Shown in pieces: positions 1-11,182 of a stretch of DNA of 64,000 nucleotides. Source of the DNA: Macrostomum lignano (taxonomy: Eukaryota); assembly GCA_002269645.1 (NCBI GenBank), contig NIVC01002020.1, positions 62,001 through 126,000 of the forward strand. The letters are read 5' to 3'. Both the position numbers and the translations under genes were made by a program. Within the stretch, counting starts at the first letter, position 1. Each line of letters opens with the position of its first letter. The notes beneath the pieces are model-generated. The model ran no database searches. It had not been told where the DNA came from and worked only from the letters and a program-made list of their open reading frames with translations.

Positions 1-642
1 GAGGCCCAGCAGAGCGGGCTGCGGGCGCTCAGCCAGGGCCGGGTGAAGGTCAGCAAAATCATGATCGCCCTGCTGCTGGCCTTCGCTGTCTGCTGGCTGC
101 CCTACCACGCGGTCACGATCTTCATCGATTTGCGCGGCTTCGCCCTGCCCGATGCTTTGACCACCGCGACTCCAGCTGCCTCCACCACCGCTGAGACTAC
201 AACGTCTCTGCCGATGATGGGCGGCAGCACAGCGGCTGACGAAGACCAGGAGGTGAACGTGGTGGTGACCACCGTGCTGCCCATCTGCCTGCTGCTGGGC
301 TACGCTAACAGCGCCATCAATCCGCTCTGCCTAGCGCTGATCAGTTCAAAGTTTAAGAAGTACTTTCGGCTAATTCTCCGTTGCAATTGCCAGGAGGAGG
401 GCAGGCAGCAGCGGGAGATGGCGCAGCTGTGCTCGCTGTACTCTCGCGGTCATCCGTCCTCGGCTCGGCACGACGCTGTTGGCGAGTTGCGGCTGCATCA
501 GCAGCAGAATCTGCATCCGCATCTTGTCCAGCATCAGGTGCAGCTGGAGCGGCTTCCCCATCATCAGAGTCAGCCGTCAGACCAGCTCGACCCGCTGGTG
601 CTGCCGCCCAGACAGCTTCCGGCCGAAGATTTCATCGAATAG
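1..642 (+). CDS. Class A (rhodopsin-like) peptide GPCR, TM6-TM7 and C-tail; 5' part lies upstream of the window
   Basis: Frame open from base 1. TM6 'IMIALLLAFAVCWLPYH' has the CWxP motif; TM7 'LLLGYANSAINPLCLALISSKFKKYF' has NSxxNP followed by a helix-8-like segment. Stop TAG at 640-642. Confidence 0.88.
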   Translation, partial: EAQQSGLRALSQGRVKVSKIMIALLLAFAVCWLPYHAVTIFIDLRGFALPDALTTATPAASTTAETTTSLPMMGGSTAADEDQEVNVVVTTVLPICLLLGYANSAINPLCLALISSKFKKYFRLILRCNCQEEGRQQREMAQLCSLYSRGHPSSARHDAVGELRLHQQQNLHPHLVQHQVQLERLPHHQSQPSDQLDPLVLPPRQLPAEDFIE

Positions 643-1756
643 CATGCAATTTCCGGCCGGATCCGCAGCCTCTCTATTGATGACTCCATTAACTGATTAA
701 CAACTACAAGCATAGGCATATAGTCTAGTACAAATGCTAATTTAATCTTGTTCTTATCATAACAAAAAGTTTATTGACGAAGTTTTGTTGTTGCTGTTGA
801 CGTACAATCGCGTACCGCCGCCCACCCGCCCCTCTCTGCTTTGCTATCGGTTTTATTTTAGTGCAAAAAAGACTTTTGATCGGGAAACGTAATCACCATG
901 AACTCAATATAGTTGGCATCCTAACGGTAAACGAAGTTTACTTAAATTTCTGTTGGTTTTGAGCTGGCACAGAAGAATGTTATTTCAATCCCGCCGCTCG
1001 CGTGCCTTCCAGTTGCTGCTTTGGCCTCGCATTCTGCCTGTAAGCCGAGCTCACCTTGGCAAATTCGTCAACACGCCAGGCAGGAAGGAAGGCCTCGAGG
1101 AACCTCTTCGAGCAGAGAGTCGGGCGTGACCGCACATGACCTCGGGGCCTTAGAGAGAGGATGGGGGCGCCCACTCTACGAAACTTTCCCCACAGCGTCT
1201 GATACCGATGCGGATAAGCCATATCTCCTCCTCACGGAAGCTCGGGTAGTCTCGACAACTCTCCACAGCTTGGGCAGAAAGTGACAAAACACACTCTACA
1301 CACACACACACACACATCCGCGTGCTCTCGAAAAAACTGTGCCCGTGAGGCGGGAGTGCAGCTGCTGGAAACAAATGTTAACCCCAAACCCGGTAGCAAC
1401 ACGGGGTCAGGCGCTGACCCAGACGCTCGCGCGTGCTTCCACTCTCTCTCTCTCTCTCCCTCCCCACCTTAGCGTCATCTTCTGGGCCGCTTCGTCAGAA
1501 CTACAATTTTCTTCGCCCCCAGTTCCCAGATTCCGTTTGCCGGGACGCTCCTCTTTCTTTTTCTATACTGGTATCTTTAACAAGCATTCTGGTGCTGTAC
1601 TGAGCGCCAATATATTGCTACAGACTATGCGGCAGGTGCCGACGACGGACGATCCCGGTGTAGAATCCCCGCCTTATCACTCGATTTTTTTGGCCAGTCC
1701 TCTTGTAGAAATTGTAACAGACATGCGACTGTGGGTAGCAGGGACCCTCCGTCTCT

Positions 1757-2530
1757 TCCTCTCTGCTTCTCTCCCTATCTCCCTCTCTCCCTCTCTCCCT
1801 CTCTCCCTATCTCCCTCTCTCCCTCTCTCCCTCTCTCCCTATCTCCCTCTCTCCCTCTCTCCCTCTCTCCCTCTCTCCCTCGCTCCCTCTTTCCCTCTTT
1901 CCCTCCCTCTCTCTTTCTCCCTCCCTCTCTCCCTATATCCCTCTCTCCCTCTCTCCCTCTCTCCTGTCTCCCTCTCTTCCTATCTCCCTCTGTCCCTCTC
2001 TCCATCTCTCCCTTTGTCCCCCTCTTCTTCTCTCCCTCTCTCCTCTTTCCCTCTCTCCCTCTCTCCCTCACTCCCTCCTCTCCCTCTCTCCCTCTCTCCC
2101 TATCTCCCTTCTCTCCCTCTCTCCCTATCTCCCCCTCTCTCTATCTCCCTCTCTCCCTCTCTCTATCTCTCCTCTGTCCCCTCTTCTTCTTCTCTCTCTC
2201 TCTCTCTCCCTCTCTCTCCCTTATTCCCCTCTACTCTCTCTCCCTCTCTCTCCCTTATTCCCCTCTACTCTCTCTTCCTATCTCTCCCTTATTCCCCTCT
2301 ACTCTCTCCTCCTATCTCTCCCTTATTCCCCTCTACTCTCTCCTCCTATCTCTCCCTTATTCCCCTCTACTCTTTCCTCCTATCTCTCCCTTATTCCCCT
2401 CTACTCTCTCTCCCTCTCTCTCCCTTTTTCCCCTCTACTCTCTCTCCCTCTCTCTCCCTTATTCCCCTCTACTCTCTCTTCCTATCTCTCCCTTATTCCC
2501 TCTACTCTCTCTTCCTATCTCTCTCTGACT
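1757..2530. repeat. CT-rich (polypyrimidine) low-complexity microsatellite
   Basis: Runs of ctctccct and ctctcccttattcccctctact; explains the S/L/P-rich ORFs at 1339, 1731 and 1775. Confidence 0.95.
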
Positions 2531-4062
2531 CTGAGGGTGTCAAACAAGCTCTGAATTTTCATATCGTCCAAAATCCTATTGGCAATCAACTTTCAAAAGC
2601 ACCTAAATTTACGTGCGTTAATTGTTGGCTCTTCCTTGCAAACCAGGTTTTAAGACGCGATGGCTGCTGAAAGCAATCTCAGACAGTCACTGACTGGGCG
2701 GTGACCTCCTTTATGTCTCTGTCTGTCTGTCTAATAACTTCCGCTATAGCGAATGTTATTATCATTCGACAGAAATGACAGTGCATTATGTACTTTCGTC
2801 CGTGCATTCTCTGCTACAGGAAGTTGATAAAATAATATCTGCACAGATTTTTTATGCAGAAAAAAGCACATTTTACAGTTCACTTTGCACTGTAATTCAG
2901 GAAAAATGTACGTAAAGGTCGCATTTAGTTGAAAGAAGTCTTACAAAAATGTCGTTCTCAGTCTCTCGTTGATTGAGAATAAAATTTTCTGATATGAGTT
3001 CCAAAGCAGCTCGGCAATAAGAAAAAAAATTGAAGAAGCCCCAGGAAAATTTCTATCGAAATATCTACACATGTAGATCGGGTGTCTGGGGAGCATGCGA
3101 CACGCAAGAATTAGTTGCTAGGGGGTTGAGCGACGTAAAAAGTGCAGTTGTGACCCCTCGAGTCGCTAATGAACTGCTAGCTGATTTTTATAGTGCTGAG
3201 CTCACCTTGTACACCTTTCTAGTGTGCCGGCACAGAAATGCTATGCGTCGCTTTTTGGCGGTTTCTGCTTTTGCGTTTCCAGTCAGCTCTGAAGACTTTA
3301 ATCTACATGCATACGAGCTATGGCTCCAGTCCAGATGTTATTTTTCAAGGTCCATTATAGTAGCTATATGGTCAAGTAGTCCATGGATCCCATTAACAGC
3401 ATCTACTTAAGTTGAATTTCACCAAAATAATTCGCTGTCCATGGCTTCGATCCTTCAAGCATTCTATTAACCCAAAGACTACTATTTATGGAACCTGGAC
3501 TCGAAACGGCTATTTCGTAAGTCCATGACTGAATATTTATAGCTAGCATGCTTATAACTATAAAAATGAATTCGGAAAAATGATATCATCGTCTTAGGAT
3601 GCTGTCAATTTTATTAGGACGCAGCCCTCCATATGATGAAGCCCCAGACTGACAAGATCATCAGGGAATCAACAGGTTCGATTCGCCAAATTTAGCTCGG
3701 ATCCCAACTGGAAGTACGCCGGGTAGCGATGCGTCTTGTGAGGTCTTCCTTTCCCATAAAATTATTGTTAAGCTGGTGGTGTGCGGTGCAATTTATGACT
3801 TTTTTTCCACGTATTTTACTGCCAATCACATTCCATGCGTGCGGCATCTTTATATATACCTGACTGGTACTGCACTGGGCCTAGCCTCAGCCTTTCTATG
3901 GATCTGCATTAGGTACTCCCATTAAAACTGCTGCGATTTGTTATGACTGTTCTGTCGTTTGTTTACTGGTGCCCGCTTTTCTAGGACCATCGCAATCAGG
4001 TGAGTGATTGGCCCGGCTGCTGATTATAATGCTGCTTGATGGCGTACTAACCTAAACTTTGG

Positions 4063-4615
<553 letters not shown>

Positions 4616-5077
4616 CTGAACTCTGAACTGATTTTCTGAGAGACTTGTCTGTCTGAAATATACAGTAAAAGACGCCGTCGTGACGGCACATAGTGTTGCA
4701 AATAATTCCCCCTAACACTTTTTTTCCTGACCGTGTTTCGCAATATCTCCAGGCCCCAACTTTCAATGCACAGAGGGAGCAGTTACCTGAGGAAGAAATT
4801 CCCATTTTAAGTGGCTCAATAAGTGTAGCGCATACAGTAAACACACGCACTGCGGCTAATTGACACCATGAGTAGCTCGCACCTGCTGCAGTTGATAAGG
4901 GCCTATCGAGTTTATCAATAGCATGGGGTCGGAACTATTTTGGCACGGGTTTGTATGAGATGTAGGACCTTGTTAGTAACCTTATCCGGCATGATTTAAG
5001 GATATGAAAATATTGCTGTCACCAGCTTTTTGCAGTGGAATGTTTTTATTGAAAAATTATTAATGGAGAATTTTTCT

Positions 5078-5370
5078 GTTGGTCAAGCACTCATAGAGAA
5101 TTCCAAAGTTGGTCAAGCACTCATAGAGAATTCCAAAGTTGGTCAAGCACTCATAGGGAATTTCTCAGCTTGGTCAAGCACTCATAGGGAATTTCTCAGC
5201 TTGGTCAAGCACTCATAGGGAATTTCTCAGTTTGGTCAAGCACTCATAGGGAATTTCTCAGCTTGGTCAAGCACTCATAGGGAATTCCACAGTTGGTCAC
5301 ACACTCATAGGGAATTTCTCAGCTTGGTCAAGCACTCAAAGGAAATTTCACAGTTGGTCAAGCACCCATA
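5078..5370. repeat. 30-31 bp minisatellite (ttggtcaagcactcatagggaatttctcagc), about 9 copies
   Basis: Directly visible tandem units. Confidence 0.9.
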
Positions 5371-5742
5371 GAGAATTTCTCAATATTCAAACCCCTGAAT
5401 TGCCTACTTTACAATGCTTGTGCGTCAGTCGAATATTATTTCATGAAGTTGTCAAAATAACCCCCACCCAACCCGACAGAATTGCACTAATAAAGCAATT
5501 ACCAATATTGTGAGGGGGTGAGAAACCTCTAATAGGCCTGCGACCATTTCTCTAAGCCAATCAGAGTGGAGCAGAGGAGGCAGAGGGGCAGAGGGCATTG
5601 TACATTGATCAGCCCAGCAGATGTACATACTTTTTATCTATCGTGGCACAAAATAAAAGATGCAAGTGCCTGCCCTGTCAAAAAATTGAAAATTTGTTAT
5701 TTGTTACCTCTTCAGCAAGTTATTTCATTTAGCTCGCAGACA

Positions 5743-7561
5743 ATGTTCAAAGAAGAAGCGGTCTGGCCGACTTATACATACTTTAACATGGGCAGAGGCA
5801 CCAGCGTGACACTTCATGACAGGTATGTTATATTATACCCTATATTATATTATTTTATGTAGTCTTATACGAGTATTGAGTAAGTTGTTCGAAAATTTCT
5901 CATTTTCCCTCTTTTACTTTTTGGCCAAGTTTTCTCAGGTGGTGTTTATTTGTACTATCCGATAGTGTTTATTTGTACTATCAGGTGACGTTTATCTGTA
6001 CTATCCGATAGTGTTTATTTTTACTTTCAGGTGGTATTTATTTGTACTATCCGATAGTGTTTATTTGTACTATCCGATAGTGTTTATTTGTACTATCAGG
6101 TGGTATTTATTTGGAATATCCGATAGTGTTTAGCTTTACTATCAGGTGGCATTTATCTAGAATATCCAGCGGTGTTTAATAGGAATATCCGGTGGTGTTT
6201 AATTGGAATATCCGATGGAGTTTATTGAATCTGCAGTCGTGTTTATTACTCGTAGAAATATTATCGACAGCATAAATATTACCGATCTAAACCCTCTGTG
6301 TGCCGTTCTGACGAGAAATCCGTCACAAAAAAGTTCACGAAATCATAGTACTACTCGTAATTCTTTACTGTAAGTAGTCACCAAAGTGCATCGCATCTAA
6401 ACGTAAATTCCAGATTTACGCGCCTCAAGCTTCAAGCGGCCTATCTGGCCGAAAAGAATCTCTCTCTGCAGAATCTCGACGGCAATCAACGCCGACCTGA
6501 TGACGCCGCCAGTCAGGAAGCTGGACGGCGCGGATTCGGCGCGAAATCGGAACCAACGGATCGGTGGCGCGGCGTGGCCGACGGTCGGGTTCAGCGCCGG
6601 CATCAAGGATTTCACGGTGGCGCGAATTCTGCCGGCAGTGGCGGCGGCAGCGTCGGCGGCACCGGAGGTAGCGGAGGCGGCTGTCGCATATCGCAGGCGT
6701 TCCGCAGTGCGTTGAAGGGCAGCGACCGGTAGGCTTGGCTTGACTCATTACTGACGCACTGGTGAATGAGGGCCTGACAGTGAGATTCTGTAAGACTGAG
6801 TGAGATTCCATGAGATTCCATGAGATTGCAAGAGATTAAGTAAAATTGGATGAGATTTGACGACATTCCATGAAATTTGTGAGATTGTATGAGATTGCAT
6901 GAGATCGAACGAATTTCCACGAGATGAGATGAGATTGGGTGAGATTGTATAAGATTGGGTGAGATTGTATGAGATTGCGTGATATTCCACGAGATTAGAT
7001 GAGATTGCATGAGATTAGGTGAGATTGCATGAGATTGGGTGAGATTGCATGAGATTGGGTGAGATTGCATAAGATTGGGTGAGATTGCATGAGATTGGGT
7101 GAGATTGCATGAGATTAGATTAGATTTTTAGTATATTGGATTGCATGAGATTGGGTGAGATTGTGTAAGACTAAGTGAGATTCCATGAGATTATGTGAGA
7201 TTGCATGAGATTGGGTGCGACTGCATGAAATTGGGTCAGATTTCATGAGACTGGGTGAGATTGTATGAGACTGGAAGAGATTCCATGAGAGGTAGGTGAG
7301 ATTCATCTGGACTGAAGACTATTGCTTTGCCACACAGCTCACCGCTATCTGCTTATATTCAGTGGAACAGCCGAGCGCTGGCTCGGCTCCGGTTGCCATA
7401 GCAACAGCAGCGTGATCGAGGCGTCTCACGCGCAGCGGCCAGTCGGCGCCAACTCAAACTGGCGCCGTCCAGAGCGCCGAGTTCCGTGCAGGCGCGAGCT
7501 GGACCGCGATATCGATCAGTACATGTCGGGCGGCCAGTCCAGCAGTGAGGATTCCGGCTGA
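5743..7561 (+). CDS. CHTOP: CHTOP/FoP-like protein (about 197 aa); exons 5743-5822, 6414-6728, 7363-7561; a further upstream exon is possible (e.g. 2660-2700)
   Basis: Both introns are GT-AG and phase 2. The spliced product has 'GTSVTLHDRFTRL' (cf. CHTOP N-terminal TTKMSLNERFTNM), a Gly-rich middle, and C-terminal 'RRELDRDIDQYMS' (cf. FoP/UAP56-binding KEQLDNQLDAYMS). The middle exon is missing from the ORF track. Confidence 0.65.
5940..6235. repeat. Degenerate ~23-bp minisatellite (gtgtttatttgtactatccgata) in CHTOP-like intron 1
   Basis: Visible imperfect tandem units. Confidence 0.8.
6780..7305. repeat. 10-bp-based satellite (gagattgcat/gagattgggt) filling CHTOP-like intron 2
   Basis: Directly visible; explains the S/H/N-rich minus-strand ORFs. 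Confidence 0.9.
7392..7405. promoter_or_regulatory. RFX X-box-like motif GTTGCCATAGCAAC inside a CHTOP-like coding exon
   Basis: Matches the X-box consensus GTTGCCATRGCAAC; function untested. Confidence 0.4.
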
Positions 7562-7840
7562 CCTTTGCTTGTAACTTTTTTATGACAAAATAAATCAATT
7601 TTATTTTTTTAACCAAAATGTTTTATTCAATCGGTTTGCTTTAATCTTTTAGTCTGCAGCTTTTTAAGTAAAAATAATCGATGCTTCGCCTTTGTGACCT
7701 ATGAATTTTGACAAATTTTAATTATTGCAAATTTTTGCTTCGTGTTTGCTGCTATTTTTGGTGGTCCTGACAGCTTTGTGTGCTGTAATTCAGTCACGGA
7801 TGTAGGGGGTTCAAAGACTAATAATATTAGTAATTACAGG

Positions 7841-8140
7841 CAGGGGCGTTGCCATGGATTTTATGGTGGGGGACAAAGCCAAGAACTCAAAATGTACATT
7901 ACTAAATTCTTACATTTCCATTATTTTGAGAATCATGTTGTCAGCGCTCATTTTGGCGCCGCAGACACTCATTTTGGCGCCGCAGACACTCATTTTAGCG
8001 CCGCAGGCACTCATTTTAGCGCCGCAGGCGTTTCTTTTGGCGCCGCAGGCGCTATATTTTGGCGCCCTGAAGAAAAATTATTGATTATCACAACGGGTCA
8101 CAAGATGGGGTGAGGGGGACAAAGCATTGGCATTGTCCTC
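7841..8140. mobile_element. Probable MITE remnant starting CAGGGGCGTTGCC, with internal 21-bp repeats (ggcgccgcagacactcatttt)
   Basis: Left end resembles the TIR of the 16164 element; no matching right TIR found. Confidence 0.4.
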
Positions 8141-8315
8141 TTGGCTGTGAATTGCACGAAAACTCCCCAGCCAATGAATGAGGGTCGCGCGCGGAATCGA
8201 ACCAGCTGACGGTCGTATAGCGTACGAAGTCGGATCATCGCTGAGCTGTTCTGCCCTCTCATTGTCTTTACCTTCAGCTGGCGTACGTTTCTGTTGCTTC
8301 TACGCGTCTCAGACA

Positions 8316-8602
8316 GAGTGCTAGCCTAGTGGTTGGAGCGTCTGATTCACGACTGAAAGGTCGGGGGTTCGATTCTAAACCCACTCGGACCAATTTGTGT
8401 CTTTGAGCAAGACACTTAACTCTGCACTGTTTCAGTTCACCCAGCTGTAAAATGGGTGCCAGCATTAGCTGGGGTAATTGAGGCTGTGTGTGGCGACCCC
8501 CAGTCCTTGGACTGAACAGCCGTACGCAGCCTTCAGATGCGCCGCGCAATAGCTGCGGCTGAGCTGTCGGTTGCACATCTGCCCAGTAGGGCAGGTGTAA
8601 TC
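8316..8602 (+). mobile_element. tRNA-derived SINE family A (CORE-like domain), near full length
   Basis: A-box TAGCCTAGTGG, B-box GGTTCGATTC, then ttgagcaagacacttaac...ctgtaaaatggg; five other copies in the window. Confidence 0.85.
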
Positions 8603-9204
8603 AGTTATTTAGATATTAATTATTAGTCTAGAAATCATTACTTAATCCAGAAACTAAATTGCTGAATTAATTGGTGACAGAAAGTCTTCGAAAACTTTTT
8701 TCAATTGAATATTTTACAAAGGCTGTTCAACCAATACACTGACGCCACAGAGGGAAAAAGTCGAAGTGAATTGATGAAGTTTTAAAAAATCTGCTTTTGG
8801 CTTTGGTTTGGTCGCGCGTACTTTTTCGCCTCCGCCAGAGTTTTTTGCAATCGAATAAAATGCCAACATCAGCTGGATCTTAGATCCGGAGGCACGTGAC
8901 CCGATTGCCTCCCAGTGCAGTGCAGCAGAGAGCCCAGCTGCATAGACAAGATCTGTCAAGTGTCGCTTCCTCTCCCGACCTCTTCAGCGATTCCAGTTTA
9001 AGCTGGAACTGTGGCCGCTGGGCGGGTGAACCGTGCATGCAGCTGCTCTTTAAAAAAATAATTTTCTGTTAACTTTCAGATGTATTTTTAATTCGATGCA
9101 ACCAGCCTGCCGAAGCCTGTTCGCTTGGGTTCCACAGGGGTCAATTCATTTTCTTGCCGTGACTTTATCAGGGGCCTGAGATTTGCTAATTTGCATGTAT
9201 CATC

Positions 9205-10050
9205 TGTGTCTCTTGCTGTGTCTCTCTTGTGTCTTACTCTCTTGTGTCTGTCTCTTGTGTGTGTGTCTCTCTCGTTTTTGTGTCTGTCTCTCTCTTGTGT
9301 CTGTCTCTCTCTTGTGTCTGTCTCTCTCTTGTGTCTGTCTCTCTCTTGTGTCTGTCTCTCTCTTGTGTCTGTCTCTCTCTTGTGTCTGTCTCTCTCTTGT
9401 GTCTGTCACTCTCTTGTGTCTGTCTCTCTCTTGTGTCTGTCTCTCTCTTGTGTCTGTCTCTTGTGTGTGTGTCTGTCTCTTGTGTGTGTGTCTGTCTCTT
9501 GTGTCTGTCTCTTGTGTGTGTGTCTCTCTCTTGTGTCTGTCTCTTGTGTGTGTGTCTGTCTCTCTCTTGTGTCAATCTCTTGTGTGTGTCTGTCTCTTGT
9601 GTGTGTGTCTGTCTCTTTCTTGTGTCAATCTCTTGTGTGTGTCTGTCTCTCTCTTGTTTCTATCTCTTGTGTGTGTGTCTGTCTCTTGTGTCTGTCTCTT
9701 GTGTGTGCGTCTGTCTCTTGTGTGTGTGTCTGTCTCTCTCTTGTGTCTATCTCTTGTGTGTGTGTGTCTGTCTCTTGTGTCTGTCTCTTGTGTGTGTGTC
9801 TGTCTCTTGTGTGTGTGTCAGTCTCTCTCTTGTGTCTATCTCTTGTGTGTGTGTCTGTCTCTCTCTTGTGTCTGTCTCTTGTGTGTGAGTCTGTCTCTTG
9901 TGCGTGTGTCTGTCTCTCTTGTGTCTGTGTCTGTCTCTCTTGTGTGTGCGTGTGTGTGTGTGTGTCTATGTCTATCTCTCTCTTGTGTGTGTCTCTCCTG
10001 TGTCTATCTCTGCTGTATCTGTCTGTCTGTATGTCTCTCTTGGTTGCCTC
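9205..10050. repeat. Complex TG/TC microsatellite
   Basis: Directly visible; explains the C/V/S/L-rich ORFs. Confidence 0.95.
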
Positions 10051-11182
10051 TCTCTTATGTCTTAGTCAATTCCCAAACGCTTTTAAAACGTTCCCAAAAA
10101 GCTACTGCGCATGCTTGCTATCACGTAGTAGAAAAAAGTAAAAAAGTACTGCTTGTACGACAAAGACAAAGTTAAGCAAAAGAGGAATGTATGTAAATAC
10201 ATTTGTGTTTGTGTACTTCTAATGCCGATATTTAACATTTATTAAAAGCATGTCATTTTTTATTTCCAACCGAATGAACTTTCTGCTATAAATCCTCTTG
10301 TAGCATGGGATACCTTCATTGGGTGACGAGTATCTATGTGAATGCATGTTTACTTTGTCTCTCCCATGGTCCCTGTCAATGAAAAGAATTTTGCCTGGGC
10401 AAAGAAGAGAGTGTAAAATGGTTAATCCATTCCGTGTCCATGCTGGCTCATATCCAGTTCAAAGCGGTATTGTATTAGTTGGTTGGTTGATAGTTTACTC
10501 TTTACTGCTGCTATCAATATTTTTCCTAAAGGTCGCTTCCAGACATAAATTGAACATTTGCTAGGAATGAAAATGTCCACATAATTGGGTGCAACCAGCT
10601 TTACTAACTTTACTAACTTTACCACCGAATGAATTTTACATGCACCCGAACACAATAGGGCCGTCTTAAATTCTTTTTTTCTCCCAATATCTGCTGATCT
10701 ACGAGCGAGTATGTCTGTTCGTTTGGCGTCTATGGCAGAATGACCATTGGTAAGGTCTGAGAACCGCGTCCTCCGGCCTTTGTCTCCATCAACTCCATCC
10801 AGTCTCTCTCAGAACCGGCGAGCGTCAATCGATGTACGCTCGGCCACCGCAGTGCGAACTCGCTGACAAACATGCGGGGGGGGGGGGGTAAGCAAGTACG
10901 TCCAAAAATAGTCCCAGAATGGGATCATCAGCTGGGAAGGGCGTGTACATGTATCTCTGCGCCTGATCTCTTCCCCACGCCAGCGACCGCTGCACGGAGC
11001 AGCAAACGAGCAAAACGCGACGGGAGTTTCTGGGGAAGGAAAGGAATTGCTTCGGGTGGACTTCCCAAGCCGTTGTACCAACACTGGCTATAATCTGGGT
11101 TCAAGGCGAAAGGAAAGAGGAAGGCGCACACAGACAGAGAGGAGAGCATTTTCCCCAGACGCATGCTCGGAGTTCGTGCAGC

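Noticed and set aside
980-1284. GC-rich short ORFs with a minus-strand donor (AAG|GTGAGC near 1054)
   Set aside because: No recognisable domain and no linkable neighbouring exon; it would run antisense into the GPCR.
1339-2670. 443-aa and 265-aa S/L/P-rich ORFs
   Set aside because: Translations of a CT microsatellite.
6397-6811. Minus-strand ORFs and the plus-strand 6500-6715 ORF
   Set aside because: Shadows of the CHTOP-like exon, which is in a different plus-strand frame with matching splice phases.
8400-8600. Possible hammerhead or HDV ribozyme in the SINE A 3' region (ctgaagg...)
   Set aside because: No CUGANGA/GAAA core with compatible stems could be identified by eye.
9125-10175. Cys-rich 330-338-aa ORFs
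   Set aside because: TG/TC microsatellite translations.
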